Source: Paragordius varius (Eukaryota; Animalia; Nematomorpha). Taken from it: a DNA stretch of 64,000 nucleotides. Shown one piece after another: positions 40,604 through 53,304 of the stretch. A program made the translations under genes and the position numbers. Numbering within the stretch: the first letter of the stretch is position 1; the number at the start of each line of letters is the position of its first letter. The DNA lies in assembly GCA_964247055.1 (NCBI GenBank), contig OZ176057.1, positions 4,154,001 to 4,218,000 of the forward strand, written 5' to 3'. Below the pieces are notes generated by a model. The model worked only from the letters and a program-made list of their open reading frames with translations. It made no database searches and was not told the origin of the DNA.

Positions 40604-43600
40604 TTAATTATCAATTATCATAGTCGTGCTGGTGTCAGGAGTGATGTCCGTTAAAGTTGTTGAGTTATCATTATATTCATCAACACTGCCACCGTTATCA
40701 ACATTGGCTGGTAACAAAAGTCTTCTCGTACTTAGGAGTAAAGAGTTTCGCCGTACACTCGTGATTCGAGATAAAACATTTCTTCTGGTTGTCGTTCTAC
40801 GTGTCGCTCTTGGAGTAGTCCGACGGCGTCTACGTTGGGTTATTCGAGATGTTCGAGGGCGAAATCGCATAGTTTGACGTCTCCGACGACGTGTTGTAAG
40901 AGGACTTCTCATTCTTCGAGTAGTAATAGTCCGTGGAGATGCGCGGCGCCTTGTAGATCTGGTTCTCACCCGTGGTGTAAATCTGGAAAAAATAGTCCGT
41001 ATTTTGGGTCTGGCCTTCGTAGTCGTGTTTATTCTCACTAATTTGCAAATTAAAAAGGGTACATCATTAGATAGGATCCGTTAAAACTGCATTAAGAAAT
41101 ATTTCGACTTAATAAAAAATATAAACATATTTTTATGCGTTATATGAAATACAGTAAAAACTGAAATACGGACAAAACGTAAAAATATAAAAACAAATAT
41201 TTTTTTCTAAAAGACAACCATTTTTAAATCTTAAATTATTTCAATATAATTCAATGTTTTAAATGGCAAAGTATTTAGAGATATATATTAAATACAATTA
41301 ATTCTAATATTTTTTAATTGTAGAATGGCTTATATAAAAAAATAGGTTTTAAAAAGTTCTGTATTCAACTTTTACTGTATTTGCATTTTATCGATTATCA
41401 ATATTAATTTAATTTTTAATATTATGATTGGTTAATTTGCATATTTACCAGCAGTATATATTTCCGTTTGTAGTTTTCATAAATTATTTACACATGAATG
41501 ATATTATCAGCGCTTAGGCCGACCAGTTTGTAATTTATGGAGGACCGAAATTAAAAATATTTCTTGGCTTTTGCATCAATTTTTAAACAGATAGTTATTT
41601 AACAATAGAATATATGTCTTTATATGTGAGAAGATTAAGTAATAAATTTAGCATCAAAGCAGTAAAGAGCTGCCTAATAAAATTTTGTACGACAAAAGTT
41701 AAATAATATAAATTATGATTAAATTATGTAATCTTACCTGAGGTCGTGGCGGAAGGGCTAACCCCGGTTGAAATGGACGAGAGAGAACTGGTTTGACCCA
41801 TAATGGTAGCGTTTGATGAAAGAGTAGTAACTGTGCTGCTAATCGATACAACTGGACTTGTAACCATAGTAGGGGTGGTAGCAGACGCAATTGTAATGGA
41901 AATCATTGAAGAGGAGGATGAGGCTGTGGACATTGAAGTCGACGACATTGAGGTTGAGGAGTCAGTCGTTGATGGGGTCACTGGATCCACTGAAAAACAA
42001 ACATAATAATATACAGTTTAGTGTCGTATTTTTTCTTTTTGACGACCATAACAAAGAGTAATTAAGAGAGAAACTTATGAAAGTTTATTACAACCCCTTG
42101 AGGTCTGACAGAGATGGAAAAAATGCGCAGTTTTAGGATTTGAACTATGCCCCCACATAGTGTAAGAGTATGGAGTCTTGCCCAAATATACCATAAACTT
42201 AGATCACGTTCATGAATTACAAAATGCAATAACATTGGAGAAAGAAGCGTTGTTAAATATAAAACGGAAAATTAAATTAATGTGCCAATATTTTATCATT
42301 TAAAAAAATAAATAAAAATCAAACTAGTAACCCATATCAGGGATCAGAACCCAGTACTTAACCCAGTAGTGGTGTTCTAATAGGTTAAATCTAGTTCTGG
42401 GTCCTCTTTGTCATAAGAACTAATTGTAAAAGTTTTGATGGCCAATTATCCCAAAATAATTTCCTTTTAATGATTATTTTAAAAGATAGATAAATTGGTT
42501 ATATAAAGGGTTAAAAAAGATTTAGAAATATGTGAGTTTTAAAAACAAGTGTTTAAAAATAAAATATAATATTTAGTTTGGTCTTTCAATAAAATGACAG
42601 AATGCAATTTTTATTTGTAAGGTAATAGCATGAATAAAAATTAGCATTCCTAAAAATGTAATAGGACATCCTAAAGATAGCAATATACGTTTTACTAACT
42701 ATGTTATGTCATATTTTTTTATAAGGAAGGTACAGGGTTGGGCAAAGTGCTAATATACACCATATACAGTAAATCGAAACTATACGGACCAAATGAAAAA
42801 ATATAAAGACCATTTTTTTTCCAAAAGACAACCATACTTTTGACCCTAATCGATAAAAATTATTTAATTACAATCATAAAATAATTAATTGATTGTGTTA
42901 CCAATTTACATTCTATATTATATTTTGTAGCTTAAAACAATGAGTTATATATTAAGAAAATCAAGATAAAAAAGTATGGTTTATCTTTTAGAAAAAATAT
43001 TTGTTTTTATATTTTCACGTTTTCTCCGTATAATTTCAATTTTTACTGTATATTCTTCGTTTTTTTAGGAAATACTTAAGGCAATGACTAGATGTTTTTC
43101 GTACGTTAACGATAGAATCGCCTTGAAAGATATGCGCATTATAGCAAATGAACCTAATTTACACGGGATACGACGTGGCTAATCAAAAGATGTGAGTGAT
43201 TGGCACGTTCATTTAGATAATTTATCCATTATTCCCTATGGGTTTACATATTTCTTTAAAAATGTTTCAAATAAATAAGGAACTTTCAATTTTTAAACGG
43301 ATGGGCTGAAAATGGCTAACTTAATAATATTTCTGGTTTTAGGAGCAGTTATAAATAACAATTTATTTGATGGGCCCACACGTTTTCAAGAATATAACAT
43401 CAGGCCAACATTTGACATTAAACCCATAGATATTATTTGGTAAAAATATAATACAAAAAAACTTAATTTGAGAATAAGGATATTTTATATTATCTGGGTC
43501 CATCACCCCTTCACTACCACATGGAAAGTGAATTATTATGCACCACACTAAAAATTATATTTTTTACTTATGATGCTTTTTAAGAGGATGGGGTGAAATT

Positions 43601-45013
43601 GACTTAAAAACTACGATATATGGAAATCTAACAAAAGGTCCGAACCACCGTCTGTCTTCATAAATGAACTTTTCATTGTTTCCGATATTGCTTCCAAGAC
43701 ACAATCATTAGGCCCCTTTTTTGAAAAAAACCCTATTTTAACACGGAAGGGGCTTAAAATAGGGGCTAATAACTCCAATAAATAGCGCATTACAGTATAA
43801 GATTATTGAATTTAAAATATGCTTTAAAAAATTTATTTGCTTCCATCATTTAAAATTATTATTATATATGCATCAAATAAAAAAATACAGACAATCTTGA
43901 TAAACATAAGCAAAATTTTAAAAAATGATTTTAATAAAATTATATCTTATGAGCTACCTGCTAAAGTTATAACATCCTGTTCAATTTTTAAAACTTGTTT
44001 CCGGTTTCAACTTTATCGCACGGTTCTATTTTTCCCACGTCTAATATTTTATGTGTAACATATTTTAGTGATTTTAACATAAGCCAAATATTTTTGATTT
44101 ACCAAGAGCCCAATAAATAAGTTTTACAATAACCATTAATCATTACACCATTTGTCAAAAATCCTTGAAAACTTCATGATGAGTCTTGATAATTTTAAAG
44201 TGCCCTAAACGCTTCTAGTTTTGAGCACTTGAATTCTTTTCGGACATTTTAATTGGACATTGAACACTTTAAATTGGTAAACGCTTAAAGTTGGTCCTTA
44301 AATATTTTTAAGTTAGCGCCTCCATGATTTTTGCATATATTTTTTTATTTTTTAAATTAATATTATAAAAAAACAAAGTTTAGGTTTCAAACTTATTTTT
44401 GTGCCATTCAATAATATTGAAAACTTATTGATAGTTTTAAAAGAATGCAATTATAACCTAAAAACCTAATTGTTCTTTGATTACCTTAAAACCCTCAGTA
44501 CAATTAAAATTTTTGAACAGTTTAGGTTATAAAAGATATTTATATAGTTTGATTGATAAGAATTATATGCAAAATAAAAATGTTAAAAACACAATTGTGT
44601 AAGGATCAACTTGAAGTGTTTATAGATTCTCGAGGACGAAGAAGTTTTAAAGGCTTTTGAAGTGCAAATGGTATATAAACATTTGGACGGATTATGAAAC
44701 CATAGATTTATAAGGTTAATTCTAGTTGATAGGTTAAATTACCATTTTTTTATTTTAATATATTTGTACATAATTTTGGTTATTACATCATTAAAAATAA
44801 AGTGCTATTTTCCTTAAAGGTAGTTTATAAGATTTGGCTTATTCTTCGTTTGTGGATTCAAGTTAGAAACTACGCTTCATGCACAGAATTAAACATTATT
44901 TCGAAATTTAGTTTACCATGGGCATAAACCAGCTTCGGGAATAATAAAATCCATAGATAGATTAAAATTGAACAGGTATTAATAATAAGATTCTGTTGGG
45001 ATAAGCGAGCCAT
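40604..45013 (-). CDS. Secreted Ser/Thr- and Arg-rich protein, copy 3 (intact; no difference from copy 2 seen)
   Basis: Exons 44917-45013, 41738-41989 and 40604-41037. Confidence 0.85.
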
Positions 45014-46949
45014 TTTATCAAAATTACATTATAAAGTAAAAAAATAAGTTACCAAATAAAATAATTATATATATATAATATATATATATATATAATTATA
45101 TTAATTTATTGATTGTGTTAAATAACTTTGAAATAAATATTGTTTATATTCTTCACTCGGGACTTTTATTACTTCAAAGTTAAGCTTTTGCGACACATTA
45201 CATCCTATTTTGTGATTGATTAAATTATTTAAAAATAATATGTAGTGTTATGTGTAAAATAACATGGTAAAATGGATTACCTTGATTATATGTGTTGTCG
45301 AAATATAAAAATATTTATCAAAATGAATTTGCAAAGGTCACATAGAAATGACTCAAAAATGACATTATTACAAAAAAAAACAGACTAATACGGCACCAAT
45401 AAAATCGATCATTTAGAGTGAAAACTTTTGTTTTAAAAAACTAACTACTATAAACACAATACATCATTTATGTTCGGTTAATAATGACCTTCTAAATCAT
45501 TATTCATAGGTATTATAAATATTGATTATGTGGAAAAAATTGTTTTTATATTATATTTAAATATTCCTTGTAAAATTTTGGTCATGATTGTTATAGCTTC
45601 AACAAAATTTTCAAATTAACATTGAATCACGTCCTTCGTTAGTTTTAACATTAAATAAAATATGACAAAAATGTGAAAATAAAATTTAGGGATTGGGTTT
45701 CTGATCCTTGATAGTTTGGGTTACTAGTTCAATTATTATTTATTTTTTAAATGATAAATTGGCACATTAATTTGATTTTCCGTTTTATATTTAACAACGT
45801 TTCTTTATGCCATCTATGTAGTGTATGGTATATATCAAGCTAGACTCTAAACACTTTTATGTGAGGGCACAGTTCAAATCATAAAACTATGAATTTTTTG
45901 CATCACTGTCAGACCTCAAGGGGATGCTGTAATAAACTTTCATAATTTATATGTTAAGGATCCAAATGTTTTGCAAGACTTGGAGTTGTGATATGCTTAC
46001 GATTGAAATTATAAATTATATCGATAAATCAAAACAAAAATAGATGATTCTCGATACTTGCCTATATTTTTTTAACTTGTTTGTCCTAATTAAACATAAT
46101 GGGGTAGTTTTTATTCTTAAACTTTTTATAAAACTGTTTTAAAGTTATTTTAGTTAAAATTTAATTATCAAACATTGTTCTCATGTATTATAAAAACTTT
46201 TATTTTTTACAGCTTTATAATTTTAGGCCTTAAATTGGGACAGCTCCTGAACATGATTGGAACGAACAGCTGATATTTAAAATCAAAATATATAGTTTTT
46301 GCTGGTAAAATGCAGCCTCAAAGGGTTTTAAGACAATTATTTACAAAACCATAATATACATTTATTTCCCTGTTGTATTAACGATTAAAAAATAAAAATA
46401 GATATAGTGGCGTTCATAAAAAAAAATCTGTAATGCGCTAAAGGCAAAGAAGTATCCCAAAGACTTTTTAAGATATTCAAGTTTAAAATCGCTCTGGGAT
46501 ATAAATCTAAAATCATGATTGTTAATAACATAAAATGGCTAAAATTTTAAATATATTCGTAATAATAGAAAAAATATTTCCAAAATAAATTTTTACCGAT
46601 TTTGATTTATTTTAAAATACTTAGGTTTCATTAACCAATTCATAGGTATAATAATTACTCGTAATTTCAGTAAATGCACCCTTTGATAAATTAAAACAAA
46701 ATTTAAGAAAATAATACTTTATCACACTTTGTTTTAATAATTTCAACATGGTAATTTGCAGATCAAAAATTTTTTTGATTTCAATACTAATAACTCTTCA
46801 AAAAATAATGGCAAAACCCCTGATCAGCTGTTTTTTTATGTGTGTTCGTCATTTTGATTTAAAGTTCACTGAACGATTTATAGTGGCCTAATTCTAGTCA
46901 TAACTTCAATATATTTATTAAATTATATAATGAAAACTTGTTTGTATTT

Positions 46950-49900
46950 ATGATCATAATGATTTATCTAGTAAGGTCGTAGGTTAAGCCAATTATTATT
47001 GGAAAAAATAATTAAGGATGACCCGTCGTTAACGATTATTAATTACAATTATTTTAGGTAAAAATGGTTGAAAGCCAATTCTAGTAATTGTTAATACTTA
47101 ACCGAAATAATTTGATATAATTAATTTTAACCTGTTTTTAGGATCGAATAGCTATTGTTATAAAACCGCACTCTTGCCATTAGCCATTTTTTATAAACTC
47201 AAGGATTATTTGGATTGAACAATGTTATAATTGCATTTTAATTGGAGTTTACAGCGTGTATAGAAGTTATTTGATTTTAGATAATAATTCCAATTCCATC
47301 ACTTCTAATTGTAAGCCATAGCCGGACGCCTTATTGCTAAGTTGACCAGATTGAAAGACTCAAATTTAACAAACTTTAACTTAAATAATAGGTATATACC
47401 CCAATAATTGACACTTTTACATAACACATTTTTTTAAACGATATAAGAAATTAATTTTGAAAAGTTGTGCATTGTAAATGTTATCCCAAATTGGATTTAT
47501 TAAATTTTAAAATATTTTAGTTTTGATTCTATTAAATTTAACTATATATTTATATAGTTTACTGCAACCACACGTTCTTAACACTAAAATCTTCAACTTC
47601 GAGCACAAAATTATACATTACTCAAAGTTTATACCTGAATTTGCCAGACAAAACTTAAACGCAACCAAAAGCCTTCTTGAATCTACAACACTAGATGAGA
47701 ATTCTATTCCTATGTACAATGCATTGACGATAATTAAAAATTTGACACAGTCTAATTCCAGCAAACATAAAATGAATTTAGGATCTGAAAATATGGCTGA
47801 AAGAATAACATTGGAAGAAAGTTCAGTTTTGCCGCTCACAAATTCGGTTAATACATTCCATTTTAAAGATAAAGAAAGCATTGACACAAATATGAATAGA
47901 TTAAATTCTTATACGTTTGAAACCAACAACCAAACAGAATATATCGCTATATCGGACCAAAATATAAGTTTGAGCACCAATTTGGTGAAAAGCTCTAGGA
48001 CGCAAAAGAATTCAATAAACGCAGAACGGAGGTTAACAACCAAAACACTACAAACCGGAAATCTAACTCAGAACACGATATATGGGAAAGCCATTATAAA
48101 TATTTCTAATGTTAGACAGTCAGCTGATATAATTAATTCAACTTATCAATATACTAACCCATTCTATTCGATTCCTGTAAATCATGCTAACATTGCAACA
48201 AGTACGCTAAAATTATTGTTAAATCTCAAACCGTCAAAAACAATAAGAATGGTTACCATACTTAATTTAATCAATAATTTTACAACACCTGTACCACAAA
48301 CTAAAAGCACTGTTGGGCCCAGTTATAATTCTCCAAAAAATATTTTAAGTAATTCCTTATACAAAACGGATGATATCAATATCTTGTTTGGGGGCGAAAG
48401 CAATCTTGAAAAACCCGATTTTGATAAAAATCAAGCCTTTACCATGACCACACCGCTGAATATACCGTTAGATGAAATCGTAAAAATTAAGCACAAATCT
48501 CACCAGCATGGCGGTGCAGGATCTGACTTTTCTTACACAAGAGATATTAATAATAGGTTTGTTATGAAACTTTATAAAATACGCTTTACCATGATAGATT
48601 ATGAGATTTAAATCAGTGGTACTTAAACCAAATGATTTCCGAGCCGCATTTTTGTTTCAATAAAACTGGCGGGCTACATTCCTAAAATATATGGGCAATA
48701 ACAAATATTTTTATAGATTCCAAACATTCATTTACTGTAAAAAATACAAACACTCTTAATATGTTTTCCGGGCCGCATTTTTGTTTCAAAAAAACTGGCG
48801 GGCTACATTCCTAAAATATATGGGCAATAACAAATATTTTTATAGATTCCAAACATTCATTTACTGTAAAAAATACAAACACTCTTAATATGGTTTCCGG
48901 GCCGCATTTTTGTTTCAAAAAAATGGCGGGCTACATTCCTAAAATATATGGGCAATAACAAATATTTTTATAGATTCCAAACTTTCATATACTGTAAAAA
49001 ATACAACCCTCTCAATACTTATTTTATCTATATTTTAAAGAATTCATTTAGAAATTTCTTTGAAAACGACAATTTTTGTAATATAAATAGCATATTTATA
49101 CAAATTATGAGATGATTGCTTTTTTTTGCGGGCTGCAGTTTGTATGATAAATGGGAAAAAATTTCGAAAAATTTTGTATAAAATCTTCAAATTGAATAAG
49201 ATGAGTTTTTTCAAATGACATTTCTGAGAGCAACAAAAAGAAAATAAAATCTCTTCCCATTAGACAATTATTTTTTTTTAAAATATTTATTTATTCATAC
49301 ACAATTAAATATTGAAAATTTAACAAAGGTCAGAATATTGACAAATCGTGTTAAATAAACTCTTGGCCTTGAAAGTAAACAAAAAAATCTGCAACCAGAA
49401 TATTATGGTTTAATTTTAGGACATTCCATCATACCAAAAATAGTAAACATCATGCCTTATATCTAAAACTTCTTATATAAAATAATGGCGCCAACATTAG
49501 TTAGCACCTTAGAATTTTGAAAAAGTATTTAAAAATAAATATATAAATATCAGAAAATTTATTAATTTACGATTGCCATTTATTTGAAAAACATATTGTT
49601 GATTTTTACTATATGCAAAATATATTATACACTTTCTTCGTGAAAACGTCTTAAGCTTGCTTTAAATGCAAGAGATCTATCTCGATAAATTTACGAAACC
49701 TATTTTTTGTAAGCCTATGAAAAAACCGAAACGGTTTGGATAAAATATTTATTTATATTAACAAATTAGCTTTATTTAAAGCATATAACTTTTAAAAAAT
49801 TTGACATGATGTGCGCTAATCTATCAATGTTTGGATTGGCCAATTATGAATGATTTTCAACTTTTTTTTCTAAAATCAATTTTATCGCAAACTATAATAA

Positions 49901-50910
49901 TAATCCAAAAAAAAATATTTTTTTTTAAACAAAATTAAAAATATCGATTATGCACCGGGAGAACATGCAGGCCTCTGAGACGTTCTGTACAGCCAGCGTA
50001 AAAATAAAAAATACCAAATAAATTTGAAATTCTATAATTAAAATTATGATTAAATTCTAAGATAATACAATAATTGTCATATCCTTATATCTATTACTTG
50101 GATTTCTCAAACACCAGTGATTGTTTGGTACAGAGTTTTTAGGCCATTAGATAATAATTAAATTGGACCTCACAGAGTATACTATCGGTTCTTTTGTTTT
50201 TATATTTTTAAATGTTACCTGCGAAGTTTTGTGTAGGGGGGCTCTGAAACATATCCTTATTAATATGCAACTGGTATGCTAAAAAGCTACCATTGACCTA
50301 TGATTATACCTGACAGTTTTCTTTTAAGGTAATAATCCAACTAAACGGATAATTTATTTCATATTAATTTAAATTTTGTAGATTTGATTTATTGGACCCG
50401 AACAATCCGGATGATATGAAACGCTACATGCTTTCAGCCTTTGACAAAAATCATAATATTTATAAAGAAATGGGTTTGACCCCCTATAAAACATCCAAAG
50501 ATCAAAAGAGCGATAACTCAATGGTCTTGGTTAATGAACAAATTCATCAACATGATGGTTTTCATGCCAATCTGTCAAATGGCCATTTACCCTCTATAAG
50601 TATATTTCATAATTTTGTGTATAAAACTCCCTATTTGAGATAATTTTTTTTGAAAATGCGTTTTCTCTTATTCACAAAAAAAGCATGGTCGGAATGGGGT
50701 GAATGGAGCCCTTGCAGTGTAGAATGTGGGAAAGGTTATCAAATGCGACAAAAACATTGCCAAGGACCTGCTCAGAGCTGTGGGGGACCCTTACTTGATG
50801 TTCGGATTTGTGAAGTTGTAGCTGAAACTGGGAAACCAAATCTCACCACCATCCATGACAACATACAAAGAGATGATCCAAGCAAATTTAACGAAACTCA
50901 TTTCTTTTGA
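46950..50910 (+). pseudogene. TSP1-repeat secreted protein, copy 3 (4-nt deletion in exon 3, other exons open)
   Basis: aattggttccaagcc changed to aattgtaagcc near 47311 gives an in-frame TAG; the 999-nt exon (within ORF 47523-48611), exon 50382-50599 and TSP1 exon 50684-50910 are intact. Confidence 0.65.
48614..49155 (+). mobile_element. hAT-type MITE with three tandem ~129-bp internal units
   Basis: Units start at about 48631, 48760 and 48890. Confidence 0.65.
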
Positions 50911-51169
50911 TCAAGAAAATAAATTTGAATTAAGTTGATATTATTTCACTTATCTACAAACAAGCTTTTTCTTTTTCAAAAATATAAGAAATAATTCATT
51001 AATTGAAAACCATAACCGTATATAAACTAAAAAAATATATTTATTAAATATGTTAAATACACTTTTATAATGAAAGAGGAAGCATTCTGTTTTCATAACA
51101 TATAGGGTTTAATTTTCCACCGGAAAAAAGTGTTATACAAAAAGTAATTATTCCCCCGTTTACACAATG

Positions 51170-51484
51170 TTAATTTTGTCTATGAAGAAAATTTTGTATA
51201 TCATCCCGAGTTACCAGGACTTTGTTCAATGAATTAATATGGTATTTTTTGCTTCTGCCATCTTTATCATTATTGCTGCTGCTGAATAAATTTGCATTTT
51301 TATCGACACATTTCCGCGATAAAGATTTTGCATTGAAATGTCGACAAAATTTGTCCAAATTTTCCGTTTGCATAGCATTAATTTTTTTATGGTTAAAATT
51401 TATACCACAGTTATTACCATGGGATATCGTCCCCGTAGAATCTAAAGGATCAAAAGGAATAATAATATTGTTACGATTGCTCAT
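51170..51484 (-). CDS. Possible additional terminal exon of the OTU gene
   Basis: Open in all three blocks with 3-nt indels only, but no phase-compatible acceptor found for the phase-1 donor at 51693. Confidence 0.3.
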   Translation of the reverse strand: MSNRNNIIIPFDPLDSTGTISHGNNCGINFNHKKINAMQTENLDKFCRHFNAKSLSRKCVDKNANLFSSSNNDKDGRSKKYHINSLNKVLVTRDDIQNFLHRQN

Positions 51485-51684
51485 AATAGTAGGAATTTGG
51501 AATTATTCGTAACTTTTATTTAATTTATTTTAACATGATAAAAGTTTGTATTAGTAATATATATTGCACTATAAGTTAAAAAGTATATTCTCAAAGTATG
51601 AGAAATTATCAAAAGCAATAATAAACTATTTTTTTTCCATAAATTTAGTTAAGATATAAAAATTACAAATAAATTTAACATGTT

Positions 51685-53250
51685 TCACCTACCATTTTGA
51701 TCGGAACCATCTATTTTTTTATGATTTAAAGTATGTGGTCCTTGAGGCAAAAGACTTAATGATAAGGAGCCAAGCACATTCTTACAAGCATTTGCATCAT
51801 TTATTTCGTTATTTAATTGGGTTCCCGTAAAATGTTGATGGGCTGACGTATTATTAGTTATTTGTCCTACCTTTCGATTTATATCGCTCCAACATGATGT
51901 TTCCGCTGGTTGATATGATTGATTTCGGGGTGATGGATTATTCACATTGTAATTATCCAAATTAGTGGTATGGGTGTTTGGGGCGTAGATGTCACGTGAA
52001 ATTCTTAAAAAACTTGGATCTAATTCATTGTAACGTAAAGGATCTTCAAACGATTGTACTAAGGATGTTTTTTGCGGACCAGGGTTAGATACCAATTTAG
52101 AGTCTAAATTAATCATAGGAAGTTGTTTAAATGAATCCTTGGCAAAATTATCTCTAATATTGCCAACTTGGGAATTTTCATTGGTTGAAGAGGAGGGAAT
52201 GTAAAATGTTGATCGAGAAAGTTTTTTCAAATCTAAAAAATTATAGCAAAACTATTATACAAAAATTGTGTATAATTAATGTAATTTAAGTATCATTTTA
52301 ATTTTGTTGTAATCAGTCTTACAGATTAACTTTAATATTTTATAATTTAGGATATTCGATATTGAATGATCATTAATTTAAATAAGAGGGAGAAACCAAA
52401 ATATGAAGGTTTTATGTTAATGCAAATATATTAAATAATATAATAAGCGTAAATTAAGGTATTTTATACCAAAATGCGGAAAACATTTTGACAAAAGGCA
52501 TTCATAAAATGCCCGTCCAATTCCAATTTTTTTGAACAAACCAAAGCATTTTAAAAAACAAAATTAGGGCAAAAAAATAACCAGCATTGTTTAACTGATA
52601 TGAGGAGCATTTTGATGGAAAAAGTCTCGTGAGATGTAAATAATTGCAGGCATCAGAAAACGTTTTAGATCTCATGGGTGGTAATATTTGTGGTGTAGCT
52701 TCAGGTTGTGTTAATTCTTTTTGTAATAAAGTTACATTATTCATGTTATGCTCCAATTTATGTAGCAAAATTTTGGCTTGAGAGCAGGTCGAAACCATCA
52801 TTGAAGAATCGAAAAAACCTGTACCACCGTTTTCAGCGCAAATTTTATCCCTAACATTACCCATATAATTTTTAAGCGCATTATGTTTTCCTGAATTTAT
52901 GATTGACTCAGAATTGTAATTATTTGGTGTATATTTTATACGTATTTTAACGCATAAAATTGGACCCGTTTCCGTATTATGTAAGGTGGTGTTTTGATTT
53001 GACAAGTCAAAATTTTTGTTTTTTGAGTCCATTGTGGACCAAGTTAAATGGAGATATTGAGATAGAATATCCACGTACGCATTTGGATTCTCTTCAAATC
53101 TTAATTCACTTTTGTAAATCGTTTCTTGGTTAACATCTGAAACAAAATTAAACATATATGATAGCCAAATTTAAGGTTTTACTAAAGTTATACAAGATAA
53201 GATTTTGTGAGACGGAAATACACAATCTATAACTGTTTATTAATGAAAAG

Positions 53251-53304
<54 letters not shown>

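Larger units (their letters stand above)
40236..53254. repeat. Segmental duplication block X, copy 3 (continuous with the rest of the OTU gene)
   Basis: Collinear with X1 and X2; after the (TA)n tract it continues into unique OTU intron sequence instead of the LINE. Confidence 0.95.
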
